DNA of 64,000 bases, taken from NCBI GenBank assembly GCA_963740355.1, contig CAVUDW010000003.1:704001-768000 (forward strand), given 5' to 3'. Under the pieces are notes generated by a model, which saw only the letters and a list, made by a program, of their open reading frames with translations, ran no database searches and was not told the DNA's origin. Position 1 is the first letter of the stretch, and each line of letters opens with the position of its first letter. This stretch comes from an uncultured Gemmatimonadaceae bacterium (GTDB lineage Bacteria; Gemmatimonadota; Gemmatimonadetes; Gemmatimonadales; Gemmatimonadaceae). Position numbers and translations under genes: made by a program. This document shows, piece after piece, positions 10,377-20,870 of the stretch.

Positions 10377-12056
10377 GTGCAAGAGCCGCAGTATGATGCG
10401 ATTGTCGTCGGGTCAGGTATCTCGGGCGGTTGGGCCGCCAAGGAACTGACGGAAAAGGGCCTCAAGGTCCTGATGCTCGAGCGCGGCAAGAACATCGAGC
10501 ACATCAAGGACTACACCAACACGCAGAAAGCACCGTGGGAGTATCCGCATCGAGGTGGCCGCACCAAGGCCATGGAAGCGGAATACCCAGTGCTGAAGCG
10601 CGACTATCCCCTCAACGAGAAGAATCTCGACTGGTGGGCTAGCGACAAGGATTCGCCGTACGTCGAAACCAAGCGCTTCGACTGGTACCGCGGTTATCAC
10701 GTTGGTGGTCGATCGCTGATGTGGGGCCGCCAGAGCTATCGTCACGGCGATCTGGACTTCGAGGCGAATGCGAAGGATGGCATCGCCGTCGATTGGCCGA
10801 TTCGCTACAAGGACATCGAGCCGTGGTACACGTATGCCGAAACGTTCGCTGGCATTTCCGGCACACGAAACGGCATCGAGTCGCTGCCTGACGGCAACTA
10901 CATGCCGCCGATCGCACTCAACTGCGCCGAGGAAATGCTCTCCGGCCAGCTGAAGAAGGCGTTCGGTGGCAAGCGTCACCTGATTCCGGGTCGCGCTGCA
11001 AACATCACGCAGCCGCATCACGGCCGCGGCGCCTGCCAGTCGCGCAACGCCTGCTCACTCGGCTGTATCTACGGCGCATACTTCTCGACGCAGTCGTCCA
11101 CGCTGCCGGCCGCCATGGCGACGGGCAACCTGACGCTGATGCCGTACCAGATCGTGTCGGAGATCATCTTCGACAAGGACAAGAAGCGCGCCTCGGGTGT
11201 TCGCGTGATGGACGCGATGACCATGAAGACCCGCGACTTCAACGCGAAGATCATCTTCGTCTGCGCCTCGACGCTGAACTCGACCTGGTTGCTGATGCGT
11301 TCGGCCACCGACATCTGGCCGGGTGGTCTTGGCAGCAGCTCGGGAGAGCTGGGCCACAACCTGATGGACCATCACTTCCGCCTCGGCGCCGCCGGCGACA
11401 TCGAAGGGATGGAAGACAAGTACTACTACGGCCGCAAGCCGAACGGCTTCTACATCCCGCGCTTCCAGAACATCGGCAACGACAAGCGTGGCTACCTGCG
11501 TGGCTTCGGCTACCAGGGTGGCGCGAGCCGCGGTGAGTGGGGCCGTGCAGTCGCCGAGCTGGGTATCGGTGGTGACTACAAGGACAATGCGGCGACCGTC
11601 GGTCCGTGGAGCGTTGGCAGCACCGCCTTCGGTGAGATGCTTCCGAACCACGACAACAAGATCTCGCTCGACCCCACGAAGAAGGACAAGTGGGGCATGC
11701 CGGTGCTCAACATCGACTGCGAGATCAAGGAAAACGAGACGATGATGCGCAAGGACATGATGGCCGACATGGCGGAAATGCTGACCGCCTGTGGCGTCAA
11801 GAATGTCCGCACGTACGACGGCGGCTACTCGCCTGGCATGGGCATCCACGAAATGGGCACGGCACGCATGGGCCGCGATCCGAAGACGTCGGTGCTGAAC
11901 GGCAACAACCAGGTGTGGGACGCCCCGAACGTGTTCGTCACCGATGGCTCGTGCATGACGTCGGCCGCCTGCGTCAATCCGTCGCTCACGTACATGGCGC
12001 TGACGGCCCGTGCTGCCGATTTCGCCGTCAACGAGTTGAAGAAGAACAACCTGTGA
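10377..12056 (+). CDS. GMC family oxidoreductase (glycoside 3-dehydrogenase-like flavoprotein subunit)
   Basis: YDAIVVGSGISGGWAAKELTEKG, GGRSLMWGRQ, C..RNAC..GC, HEMGTARMG, NPSLTYMALTARA; GGGAGG RBS before GTG. Confidence 0.93.
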   Translation: MQEPQYDAIVVGSGISGGWAAKELTEKGLKVLMLERGKNIEHIKDYTNTQKAPWEYPHRGGRTKAMEAEYPVLKRDYPLNEKNLDWWASDKDSPYVETKRFDWYRGYHVGGRSLMWGRQSYRHGDLDFEANAKDGIAVDWPIRYKDIEPWYTYAETFAGISGTRNGIESLPDGNYMPPIALNCAEEMLSGQLKKAFGGKRHLIPGRAANITQPHHGRGACQSRNACSLGCIYGAYFSTQSSTLPAAMATGNLTLMPYQIVSEIIFDKDKKRASGVRVMDAMTMKTRDFNAKIIFVCASTLNSTWLLMRSATDIWPGGLGSSSGELGHNLMDHHFRLGAAGDIEGMEDKYYYGRKPNGFYIPRFQNIGNDKRGYLRGFGYQGGASRGEWGRAVAELGIGGDYKDNAATVGPWSVGSTAFGEMLPNHDNKISLDPTKKDKWGMPVLNIDCEIKENETMMRKDMMADMAEMLTACGVKNVRTYDGGYSPGMGIHEMGTARMGRDPKTSVLNGNNQVWDAPNVFVTDGSCMTSAACVNPSLTYMALTARAADFAVNELKKNNL

Positions 12057-12120
12057 TGCGGTCCCGTCCACTGATTTCGTCCCTGGTGTCACGGACACCG
12101 CTTCAACACGAGGATTGAGC

Positions 12121-12753
12121 ATGCCGTCGAACAAGGAAGAGCAGGAACAGTCAACGATGGATCGCCGCGAGGCGGTGAAGCGTGTCAGCTTCATGCTCGG
12201 CGGCCTGGCATTGGTTGGCAGCAGCACTGGGCTGATCGCCGCCTGCAGCAAGCAGGATCGCGCCGTTGCGGCCGAGAAGGGCGCGGGTGCATTCACGCCC
12301 GACGACATCGCAACGCTGGATGAAGTCGCCGACACGATCCTGCCGGATACGCAGAAGTCGAAGGGTGCCAAGGCGGCCAAGACGGGAGCCTTCATCGCCC
12401 TCATGGTCACCGACACCTACACGCCGGAAGACCAGAAGGTGTTCCGCGATGGGTTGGTGGCGCTGGACGAAGCGAGCAAGAAGGCGAATGGCGGCGCGAC
12501 GTTCGCGAAGGCGACGCCGGAGCAGCGCACTGCCCTGCTGAACGCGCTCGACAAGGAGCAGTTCGATTACCAGAAGGAGCGCAAGGACAAGCCGCAGCAC
12601 TACTTCCGCATGATGAAGGAGCTGTCGATGCTCGGCTACTTCACGTCGGAAATCGGCATGACGACTGCGCTGCGGTACAAGGAGTCGCCGGGCCCGTTCC
12701 AGCCCTGCGTGCCGTACACGAAGGGTGATCCGGCGTGGGCACAGCACGCCTGA
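12121..12753 (+). CDS. Gluconate 2-dehydrogenase subunit 3 family (Tat-exported partner subunit)
   Basis: MDRREAVKR Tat-like motif, ADTILPDT..GAK, HYFRMMKELSMLGYFTSEIG; follows the GMC gene. Confidence 0.9.
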   Translation: MPSNKEEQEQSTMDRREAVKRVSFMLGGLALVGSSTGLIAACSKQDRAVAAEKGAGAFTPDDIATLDEVADTILPDTQKSKGAKAAKTGAFIALMVTDTYTPEDQKVFRDGLVALDEASKKANGGATFAKATPEQRTALLNALDKEQFDYQKERKDKPQHYFRMMKELSMLGYFTSEIGMTTALRYKESPGPFQPCVPYTKGDPAWAQHA

Positions 12754-12773
12754 ACTGAACGCAGTCCTGCTCG

Positions 12774-12820
12774 AAAAAAGTCAGGGGCCTTCACGAACGT
12801 CGTGAGGGCCCCTGATTCTT
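12774..12820. terminator. Probable bidirectional intrinsic terminator
   Basis: AAAAAAG-TCAGGGGCCTTCACG-aacgt-CGTGAGGGCCCCTGA-TTCTT between convergent genes. Confidence 0.8.
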
Positions 12821-12850
12821 GTGCGCGATCTCGAGCCGCATCACCACGCG

Positions 12851-13231
12851 TCACCCCATCGAGTGCAGCCCAACCCGGTTGCCTTCCGTGTCGCGAAACA
12901 TGCCGATGAATCCCATGCCGTCACCGATCGAGGTCTTGCCGGTCAGCACCTCGCCGCCAGCGCCAGCGACACGATCGAGCACGGTGGCGAGATTGCTGCC
13001 GCCCGAGAGGTAGACCAGTGTACCGGTCATGGATGGGACGCAGCCGTCGCTCCAGACGATGGCACCGCCGACACCTTTTTCCCGGTCGTGCAGTAGGATC
13101 CCCATCTTGCCTGGCCCCATCTGCATCTCCGGCATCTCGAAGTCGAAAATGGCGTTGTAGAAGATCCTGGCGCGATTGAAATCCGTGACCGGGATCTCGA
13201 ACCAGTTGAGCGCGTTGGTGGTCATTTCCAT
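12851..13231 (-). CDS. VOC/glyoxalase family protein
   Basis: NWFEIPVTDFNRARIFY, GTLVYL, FRDTEGNRVGLHS. Confidence 0.9.
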   Translation of the reverse strand: MEMTTNALNWFEIPVTDFNRARIFYNAIFDFEMPEMQMGPGKMGILLHDREKGVGGAIVWSDGCVPSMTGTLVYLSGGSNLATVLDRVAGAGGEVLTGKTSIGDGMGFIGMFRDTEGNRVGLHSMG

Positions 13232-13339
13232 GGCAGTGCCCGGCGAAGGACGAGATGGGATGCGGCGACGTGCGCCGATTGTAGTGCGCGGGATGAATTG
13301 AGACCAGAGCCTGGAGCAGGCCACACACAAGGAGGCGTC

Positions 13340-14677
13340 ATGCACACGCCGTTGAGGCTGGATCATTGGTGCCGCGGCCGACTCCTGACGGGATGGGCCA
13401 TCGCCGGTTGCATGGCAGGGGCGCCTCTCCGAGCGCAGACGCTCGGCAATGCGTCCGACTCTGCGTCTCGCGCGCGACAGTTGGCGCGCGAAGGCACCGC
13501 GGCGTTGCGGGCCGGCGACACCAGCACGGCCCACGCACGGCTGATTTCGGCCACCACCGTCTGGCCGACGCAGCCAGCCTATCTCTGGACGCGGGCCCAA
13601 CTGGCGGCGGCACGTCGCGATACCAATGACGTCGTAGCCGCGCTGACACAGTTTGCCGCGCTGGGCATGACACGGCTGCTGGAGCACGATCGATTTCTTG
13701 CATCCTGGGCGAGCACTCCACGCATCGCGACCGTGGCTGCGGCACTGGTGGCCAACGCTTCGCCGATCGACAACAGCACGGTCCGTCGCACGCTGCGCGA
13801 TTCGACGACCTGGCCGGAAGGTGTAGCGTACAACGCGCGGACCGATCGCTTCTTCGTCGGCAGTGTGCGAAATCGGAATGTGTACGTCAGCGACGAACGC
13901 GGGTCACATCCGCTCTGGACGACGGCGCAACCGAATGTCGGCGCAGTCCTCGCGGTGGCCGTCGATCCGGATCAGGTACATCTCTGGGCGACCACGGCCG
14001 GCATTCCGCAGATGTCGGGATACACACCGGCTGATTCGGCGATTGCGGCGCTGCTGAAGATCCGCATCGGTGACGGTGCAATCGTGGCACGCTGGGATCT
14101 CCCGCCCAGCGCCGCCGGGCACACGCTGGGCGATGTTGTGGTAAGTGCAGCGGGCGACGCCTTCACCAGCGACTCACGCGAGCCAGTGCTCTACCGCCTG
14201 CGAAAGGGCAAGCAGGTGCTGGAAGCCTTTCGTGATCCGCTGTTTCGATCACTGCAAGGTGTTACGCCAGATCCTGATGGGCGACACGTGTATGTCGCCG
14301 ACTATTCCCACGGCTTGTTGCGGCTCGACGTGACGACAGGTGCAGTCACCCGGCTGGCCGACGCGCCGTCCTCGACATCGCTCGGCGTCGATGGCCTGGT
14401 CTGGTTCGAGGGATCGCTGATCGGGATACAGAATGGTGTGTCGCCGGCGCGTGTGGTGCGGTTTCGGCTGGATGCAAGCCACACGCGCGTCGTGCGACAG
14501 GAGGTCATCGACCGGAATTTTCTGGTCGCGGACGAGCCGACGATCGGTGTCATCGTCGGACGGAGCTATGTCTACGTGGCGAACAGCCAGTGGGAGAAGT
14601 TTGATGATCGCGGCGTGCGGGTCGCAGGGACAGTGCTGACGGCACCGGTGCTGCTATCGATTCCGCTGACACCGTGA
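13340..14677 (+). CDS. Secreted beta-propeller protein (SMP-30/gluconolactonase-like) with N-terminal helical region
   Basis: Signal-like N-terminus, WPEGVAY, FRSLQGV, YVADYSHGL, GVDGL, IQNGVSPARV. Confidence 0.7.
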   Translation: MHTPLRLDHWCRGRLLTGWAIAGCMAGAPLRAQTLGNASDSASRARQLAREGTAALRAGDTSTAHARLISATTVWPTQPAYLWTRAQLAAARRDTNDVVAALTQFAALGMTRLLEHDRFLASWASTPRIATVAAALVANASPIDNSTVRRTLRDSTTWPEGVAYNARTDRFFVGSVRNRNVYVSDERGSHPLWTTAQPNVGAVLAVAVDPDQVHLWATTAGIPQMSGYTPADSAIAALLKIRIGDGAIVARWDLPPSAAGHTLGDVVVSAAGDAFTSDSREPVLYRLRKGKQVLEAFRDPLFRSLQGVTPDPDGRHVYVADYSHGLLRLDVTTGAVTRLADAPSSTSLGVDGLVWFEGSLIGIQNGVSPARVVRFRLDASHTRVVRQEVIDRNFLVADEPTIGVIVGRSYVYVANSQWEKFDDRGVRVAGTVLTAPVLLSIPLTP

Positions 14678-14684
14678 TTACCGC

Positions 14685-17369
14685 TCAGGGTACCGCGCGC
14701 GGATAGCTCAGCATGTTCACCAGCAACTTCGCCGCACCGGCCTGCGCGCCTTCCAGTTGCTGCGCGAGGCAGAGCGAGGTCACCATGATCGTGCCCTTCC
14801 CGACCGGTGCGATCAGCACCGAGGGCTGGACACTCCGACGCGAGTCGTCAGCTGCGACGAGCGGGATCTTCCAACCCTGGTAGATCATGCTCGACAGGCT
14901 GCAGTTTCGATCGCCACCCCACGACTCGAGATCGGTGGCGGTGACGATATTGGGACGTGTGAACAGTGGTGAGCCGGGATCGGCCAACTGGAACTCGGCA
15001 CCACGAGCTTCCTCTCCGCCAGCTGCCTCGCGCATCGCGACTCCGAACGGGAACAACGGGATTCGCGAAAGCTCCGCGCCGCCTGGCAACACGACCACCA
15101 CACCGCCGCGCTGCATGAACGCCCGCAGTGCGGGCACTGCCAGCAGCGACGACTCGCTGCGCAGGGCGCCGGCGCCGATCAGGACCGCCGTGACATTCGT
15201 GAGATCCGCCACTGGCACCAGGGCAAGGTCCAACGACTGCACGCTAAGGCGAAGCTGTTGAAATGCCGGTCGCAGGTCTTCCGTGCCGCGGATGTACGCC
15301 ACGCGAAAACGCGCCGGGAACCGCAGGTTCACACTCTCGACGCGGTCGCGCGCGAACCGCACGAAGTGTTGCGACGGGATGTGTGGGTACTCGTTCACCA
15401 CGGCGCCGAGCGTGAATTCCCGTTGCGCTGCCGCCAGTGCGCCAGCCGGCAGCACTGGAAGTGCGGCCACACTCCTCGCGCTGGCGGCAATGGCATGGGT
15501 GCCCATCGGCACAGCGCCACGCAGGCGAAAGAAGACGTTGCGCGCGCTGAACGGCGGCAGCGGGACTGTCTTCGACACCGAATCTGCGACAAGGCCGACA
15601 GGTAGTTGCAGCGAGACCGCGACGGTGTCGGCCGTCGATCGCGCATTCGAGACGTAGACGCGGAAGAGTCGGTCCACGGTCATCCCTGCTCGCTCGTACT
15701 CAGCACCGCGCTCGAAGAGCAACGATGTCTCGGGCACGCCGAATACGGGACGCCTCGCATCACCACGCAGCATTGTCGCAGTTCGCGTGACGATCGGCTG
15801 CACGATGACGGGTACTTCCACCCCTGCGAGCGACATGGTCGCCTCGAGACGACTGGCCGCGATGCGGTCTTCCCCCATCACCAGCTGACTCGCGACCGAA
15901 TTGCCGCGCGTGATCGGGTGCTTCTGCAGCAGCGTGCCTTCCACCAGTCCGTTGATCTGCCACCAGTGATACGATGGCGAAAGAAACCGCAGCTGCGTCG
16001 TGAAGCGAGTCGTGCTGCCTGGCTGCAGCATCACCATGCTGTCGGCGAACACGATTGACAGCCGACCCTGTACCGACGAGGCCAGCCGGCGCAGCCCAAT
16101 CGGAAGGCCACCGCCGTTGAACACCGTCAGCGCGACACTGACGGAATCACCGGCGGCCACCATCTCTCGTTCGGCATTGGCATCGATCACGATACCTGCG
16201 GCGTCCATCATCAGCGCCGTGGCGCGTTCGCGCAGTGTGTTCAAGGCCACCGCGAGGTCGCCCGCACCACCATCACAACTCGGCACCCCGGACAGGTCGG
16301 GACAGTCGAGCTCCAGTCGATTGGCGATGCTGAGGCGCGCGACCGCGGCCAACCGTGCGGCAAGCGTGTCGGCAGGCAGTCTCGCAGATTCTTTGGTGAG
16401 TCCGGCAATGGCTGCACGCAACGAATCGAACCCCGCAAGGAACTCCGGCTTCACGATCGCGCGGTGTCGGGCGAAGGTGGTGTCGAGCGTGCCGAGCAGT
16501 GATCCATCGCCACCGACCCGCGCGCTATCGAGTCGCAGCACGCGCTGCATTTCGCCGAGCGCCGGGACTGGGCCCACGCCCTGTGTGCGCTGGAGACGTC
16601 GGAGCTCTGCGCCCAGTTCAGCGTATGTCTGCTTCGCGCTGCGATCGTACTCGCCGATGTTGATTCGCACCAGGCGCGCTCGTGAGCCATTCGCCGTGTC
16701 ACCGGCGCTGGTGACGAGTGTGAACAGGCGCGACACTGGCCACGCTGGCAGTCGGCCCGTCGTGCGCGGCTGCAGGATACTGGTATCTGCAGCGACCTTG
16801 TACGCGATTGCCAGGAGCCGCGCGGTGTAGCGACGCGCCGCGTCCGTCTCACTGTCGGCCGACACCAACGCGATCACCACCTGTGGCCGGAATGCGCGGA
16901 TGATCGAGACCATGTCGATCAGCAGCGAGTCGCGCGGCCACGCGCGCGCAGCCAACGAATCGCTGTTGCTGTTGCCGAGGTCGAATGCACGCGTGAAGAA
17001 CTGATGCGCGCCGTCGCGCTGGCGTTCTGCCAGGAGTTCTGCCGTACGCACCACGGCCAGGGGCGCGTTGCGTTCAGCGCCGGCGACATTTCGGCCAGCC
17101 TCACCGCGAGTGAGCGAAAGAAAGGCGGTCTCGACATGGCGTCCGCCCCTGAGCCACGCGATCAGCGCATTGTCTTCATCCTCCGGGCGTGTCCCGACCA
17201 GCAGCACACGCGTCGTCGTGCCGAGGTGGGCGGCATCGTCGCGCCACTGCTGCGCTTGCAGGCATGACGGCGCACCGATGGGCACCAGACCAACCAGCAC
17301 CGTGATCGCAGCCACGACAAGGCGACGCAGCGAGCGTGACGCGACTCGTTCCAAGCGGCAGAACGGCAT
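14685..17369 (-). CDS. PIG-L/LmbE family deacetylase-like multidomain protein with degenerate active site
   Basis: SLTRGE.G.N, RTAELLA, FTRAFD.G, FRPQVV match the LmbE family, but HPDDE is replaced by RPEDE. Confidence 0.8.
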   Translation of the reverse strand: MPFCRLERVASRSLRRLVVAAITVLVGLVPIGAPSCLQAQQWRDDAAHLGTTTRVLLVGTRPEDEDNALIAWLRGGRHVETAFLSLTRGEAGRNVAGAERNAPLAVVRTAELLAERQRDGAHQFFTRAFDLGNSNSDSLAARAWPRDSLLIDMVSIIRAFRPQVVIALVSADSETDAARRYTARLLAIAYKVAADTSILQPRTTGRLPAWPVSRLFTLVTSAGDTANGSRARLVRINIGEYDRSAKQTYAELGAELRRLQRTQGVGPVPALGEMQRVLRLDSARVGGDGSLLGTLDTTFARHRAIVKPEFLAGFDSLRAAIAGLTKESARLPADTLAARLAAVARLSIANRLELDCPDLSGVPSCDGGAGDLAVALNTLRERATALMMDAAGIVIDANAEREMVAAGDSVSVALTVFNGGGLPIGLRRLASSVQGRLSIVFADSMVMLQPGSTTRFTTQLRFLSPSYHWWQINGLVEGTLLQKHPITRGNSVASQLVMGEDRIAASRLEATMSLAGVEVPVIVQPIVTRTATMLRGDARRPVFGVPETSLLFERGAEYERAGMTVDRLFRVYVSNARSTADTVAVSLQLPVGLVADSVSKTVPLPPFSARNVFFRLRGAVPMGTHAIAASARSVAALPVLPAGALAAAQREFTLGAVVNEYPHIPSQHFVRFARDRVESVNLRFPARFRVAYIRGTEDLRPAFQQLRLSVQSLDLALVPVADLTNVTAVLIGAGALRSESSLLAVPALRAFMQRGGVVVVLPGGAELSRIPLFPFGVAMREAAGGEEARGAEFQLADPGSPLFTRPNIVTATDLESWGGDRNCSLSSMIYQGWKIPLVAADDSRRSVQPSVLIAPVGKGTIMVTSLCLAQQLEGAQAGAAKLLVNMLSYPRAVP

Positions 17370-17959
17370 CAGTGTCGCGCCAACCACTCCGCGAGATCGA
17401 CATGCCCCCGCTCGCGGGCGATGTCGGCAGGTGTCTTCCCGTCCGGTGTGCGTACATCCGTCCTCGCGCCGCAGGCCAACAACAACTCCGACGCGGCCTG
17501 GTCACCGCGCGATGCCGAGAGGTGCATCGGCGTGTAGCCTTGCGCATCGGCCGACGACGGATCGCTCCCTGCCGCCAGCAGCGCGGTGATCACGGACATT
17601 TCGCCGCGACCGGCCAGTGAGGCATGGAGCGGAGTGTTGCCTTGCGCGTTGTGTGATCGCGCGGAGTGGCTGGCTCCGGAGCGCAGCAGTCGCACGACGA
17701 CACTAGCGTATCCGAAGTAGCCCGCCAGATGCAATGCCGTCCAGCCATCGGGGCTGTAGACCTGTATGTCTTCTGATTGGCGCGACAGGCGCTCGGTGAT
17801 GTGCCCGAGGTCCCCGAACGCCGCCAGCTCTGGCAGTGTGAGCGGTGCGCCGGCGGCGAGTGATTTGGCCTTGTCGCGGTCACCCATGTACAGCGCCATC
17901 AGGATGTCGGATGGCGCACCGGGAGTGAGCGCGGCGGACTCCGTTGACTCAGCCATCAT
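17369..17959 (-). CDS. Ankyrin repeat protein
   Basis: DGWTALHLAGYFG, GNTPLHASL, GYTPMHLSA, GKTPADIA. Confidence 0.92.
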   Translation of the reverse strand: MMAESTESAALTPGAPSDILMALYMGDRDKAKSLAAGAPLTLPELAAFGDLGHITERLSRQSEDIQVYSPDGWTALHLAGYFGYASVVVRLLRSGASHSARSHNAQGNTPLHASLAGRGEMSVITALLAAGSDPSSADAQGYTPMHLSASRGDQAASELLLACGARTDVRTPDGKTPADIARERGHVDLAEWLARH

Positions 17960-18012
17960 TCCCCCGAGCGGAAGTCGTGGCTGCCGCGCGGGAGTCGGTC
18001 AGTCGTGGTGTG

Positions 18013-19137
18013 TCAGTCGACTGGCCAGCTCACCGCCGAGTCGTCGTCCGACGTCTCCGGCACAGCATCATTCTTGCCCGCGGACTTTTCCTCGGCAACC
18101 ACTTCGCGCCACCATGGCGTGAGATAATCAACACGTAATGGTTCGACCGGCTGGCCGAGTTTTGGCGTCAGCAACTGGATCCCTTTCGTGGGAGCGAGCT
18201 GCGCCAACGTCTCGATCGGTTGGTCCCACGCGTGCATGGCGAGGTTGAACGTGCCCCAGTGAATCGGATGCAGGATGCCGCTGCCGAGCATGGTGCGGGC
18301 TTCGAGGGCGTGTTCCGGTCCGAGGTGAATGTCGCCCCAGGCAGGGTGATAGGCACCGATCTCCAGCAGCACGAGGTCGAACTTCGGGAAGCGTTTCGCG
18401 ATCTCGAGGTATTCCGGCGTGAGTCCCGTGTCGGCGCCGTGGAAGACCGAGTGACGCGAGCCTTGCAGGTGGAATGAGGACCACGCGGTCGCATTGCGAT
18501 CGAGCAGGGTGCGTCCCGAGAAGTGTTGCGAGGGTGTTGCCGTGATCACGACACCGCTCGGCTCGAGCCACACCGTTTCCCACCAATCCAGCTCCGTGAT
18601 GCTATCCGCCGGCACGCCCCAGGCTTCGAGGTGTGTGCCGACGCCGAGCGAGGTGATGAAGCGCACGCCGCGCTTGTTGAGCGTGCGGATGGCCGCGCGA
18701 TCGAGGTGATCGTAGTGGTCGTGCGAGATCAGGACCGCGTCGATGTCAGGGAGTGCAGAGAGCGGGACTGGTGGCGCGTGGAAGCGCTTCGGTCCGGCGA
18801 ACGGCACTGGTGATGCGCGGTTGGTCCAGACCGGATCGGTGAGGATGCGCGCGCCGTCGATCTCGAACAGCATCGTCGAGTGTCCCAGCCAGGTCGTGCG
18901 CAGGCCCGTCTCTGGCGCCGTGCGCCAGGTCGCGCGCGGGTCCTCGAGCGGGATGGGAGCACCGGGCACGCGGCGTTCGCCGCCGCAGATGTACTCCTTC
19001 ATCGTCGGCAGTGCGGTGCCAGGCTTGAGGCCTGCGGAGGCGTTGTTCGTGTTGCGGAAGACGCGTCCATCGAAGCGCGGTGATGCGATCATCCGTTCGC
19101 GTCGGGCGATCTGGCTGGCGGTAGCGGCGTGCGGCAT
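18013..19137 (-). CDS. MBL-fold metallo-hydrolase (RomA/NAPE-PLD-like)
   Basis: WLGHST, ISHDHYDHLD, QHFSGR, IGAY, PIHWGTF. Confidence 0.92.
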   Translation of the reverse strand: MPHAATASQIARRERMIASPRFDGRVFRNTNNASAGLKPGTALPTMKEYICGGERRVPGAPIPLEDPRATWRTAPETGLRTTWLGHSTMLFEIDGARILTDPVWTNRASPVPFAGPKRFHAPPVPLSALPDIDAVLISHDHYDHLDRAAIRTLNKRGVRFITSLGVGTHLEAWGVPADSITELDWWETVWLEPSGVVITATPSQHFSGRTLLDRNATAWSSFHLQGSRHSVFHGADTGLTPEYLEIAKRFPKFDLVLLEIGAYHPAWGDIHLGPEHALEARTMLGSGILHPIHWGTFNLAMHAWDQPIETLAQLAPTKGIQLLTPKLGQPVEPLRVDYLTPWWREVVAEEKSAGKNDAVPETSDDDSAVSWPVD

Positions 19138-19510
19138 CGTCGGCGGTGTGGCGAAGGAAGCGGGGGCGGCAAGCGTAGGGGTTAAACTCGCCGCTCTGGT
19201 GCCGTGGGTCCAACCGGCCGATTGACCGGTGCGCCTTGGTCGCGAGGTTGGCGCATACGACGAACGGCCCGGAGAATGGGGGCTCCGGACCGTTCAGGTA
19301 CCGCGCGCACCTCAGAGTGACGCGTGGTATTTCAGACTCATCGTCGAGCCTGTCGTATGTGCGTGGAGCCGTGACCGCCGACCGCGGCGCCTTTGGTCTC
19401 GACTCCGATGGATAGACGACAGGGAGGCGCTGCTTTTCTCAAACCTCTATCTCAAACCTCTACGTCGACACGCGCCATCTGGATTCGGCGTGGTGCCGAA
19501 AGGCCCAGCC

Positions 19511-19981
19511 TCACGGTGCTGGGAGCGTGGCGGCGAGTGTGAAGGTCTTGGTGCCGACGTAGCGGTTGCTGGTATTGGTGAACCCGTCACCGGTGCCACG
19601 TGGATCGGCGCGGGTGATCTCGACCGTGTAGGGCTGGCCAGGCGTGAGCGGCTTGGCTGCCACGTCGGTGACGCCGCCGACGGGAATGGTGGTGCCGTAT
19701 TCGACGCCTGACTGGAGGCTGTTCTTGCCACTGGCGGCAATCGACCAGACGAGCGCGTCGCCGTAGCCCGATCCCGCCTGGGTCCCCTTGTAGACGCGCA
19801 CCAGCGCCGCGCCCTCGGGCGTCCACGCGATGCGCACCAGCGGCAGTGCGATCACGGGGGTGACGGTGATCGAGGGGACCTGCGACTTGTCGAACGAGTT
19901 ACCGCAGGCGGCAACGAGCGCGAGGCTGGCCGTCAGGAGAATGGTGCGGTTGCGGAGAACTCTGCCGAGTGGTGGGGGCAT
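19511..19981 (-). CDS. Hypothetical lipoprotein
   Basis: LLTASLALVAAC lipobox; beta-rich mature part. Confidence 0.7.
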   Translation of the reverse strand: MPPPLGRVLRNRTILLTASLALVAACGNSFDKSQVPSITVTPVIALPLVRIAWTPEGAALVRVYKGTQAGSGYGDALVWSIAASGKNSLQSGVEYGTTIPVGGVTDVAAKPLTPGQPYTVEITRADPRGTGDGFTNTSNRYVGTKTFTLAATLPAP

Positions 19982-20007
19982 GGGTGGAAGGTACGACGGG
20001 GGGCGCG

Positions 20008-20302
20008 TCGGTGGGACTCTGCACGGGTACGGGCTGGCGCGGATCCGTGCGCGCGCGCAGGGGCGACCAAGCCTGCTGGGAATGCTCGGCCGGAAATTGG
20101 CGTTATGCAGCATTCTCGGACGGCCTGGTGCGGCCAGGCAATCCGACGCGAAATCGCAAGTTGTTGGTTTGTCTGGAGATACGCCGGCGTTTCGCCCGGG
20201 GAGAGTTTGATACGCCCGGATTTCGGTGACGTATAACGCTGGCGGCGCAGTGATACGAAGCTGTAGAATCAGGCAATAGGTTCTATTCTGTGCAATTAAG
20301 GG
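20008..20302 (+). promoter_or_regulatory. Conserved non-coding array leader, copy 1 (putative integron Pc/attI region)
   Basis: Colinear homology to 27131-27421. Ends TAGAATCAGG..GGTTCTATTCTGTGCAATTAAGG, then GCTAGAC just before the first small ORF. Confidence 0.6.
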
Positions 20303-20323
20303 CTAGACGCCCCGGAGGCATAG

Positions 20324-20653
20324 GTGCGAAAGTTGGCGCTGTACCTGGTGGGCTTTGCGATCGCGCATGTGCTGATCAACGTCGGCTTGACGATCGTGAC
20401 CTTCGGTGCAGTGATGCAGGGATTCGATGGCGGGCCAGTCGCGCCGCCACGACTGGTGTCATTCCTCATGACCGCCGTGGACGTCTTGAACTGGCCCTTG
20501 CGGTACCTGGCCCGTCCGACGATGTCAGGTCCGATGCAGTATGCGGTGCTGTTTGCCAACGGTCTGCTTTGGGCCATTGCGACCGTGTGCGTGTATGGCG
20601 CGATTCGCCACGGCCTGTCGCGCGACTTGCCTCCCGCAACTACCGCGGCGTAG
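20324..20653 (+). CDS. Small hypothetical membrane protein (putative cassette)
   Basis: GGAGG RBS before GTG; two to three hydrophobic segments. Confidence 0.7.
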   Translation: MRKLALYLVGFAIAHVLINVGLTIVTFGAVMQGFDGGPVAPPRLVSFLMTAVDVLNWPLRYLARPTMSGPMQYAVLFANGLLWAIATVCVYGAIRHGLSRDLPPATTAA

Positions 20654-20754
20654 CTGGATGGCAAACGTGGTGTTCACTCTGGCACGGTCAACTGGCGATG
20701 CACCATCGCAAGGCACGCTGACGGTGGCCCTGCCCCCAGACGTGGGCAGTCCGC

Positions 20755-20850
20755 GTCTTACCCGGGTTGCTGCTGCCAATGCGGCCGGCCATTGTTGAGC
20801 AGGATTAGGATCAGAAAGCCGCATTGCAGCAGAACCCCGTTACGTTGGCC
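20755..20850 (+). mobile_element. attC-like recombination site
   Basis: GTCTTAC..GGGTTgCTGCTGcCAATGCGGC-loop-GCCGCATTGCAGCAGAACCC..GTTGGCC; the stem pairs perfectly except for two extrahelical bases on one arm. Confidence 0.7.
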
Positions 20851-20870
20851 CGAACCTAGAGGTGCGTCAC

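Noticed and set aside
3497..12416. Long antisense ORFs (3497-4846, 4934-6067, 6084-7355, 7346-8956, 9370-10359, 11055-12416)
   Set aside because: These are shadow ORFs opposite well-supported genes, expected in high-GC DNA, and carry no motifs
19438..19462. Short direct repeat CTCAAACCTCTA x2
   Set aside because: Only two copies with no supporting context
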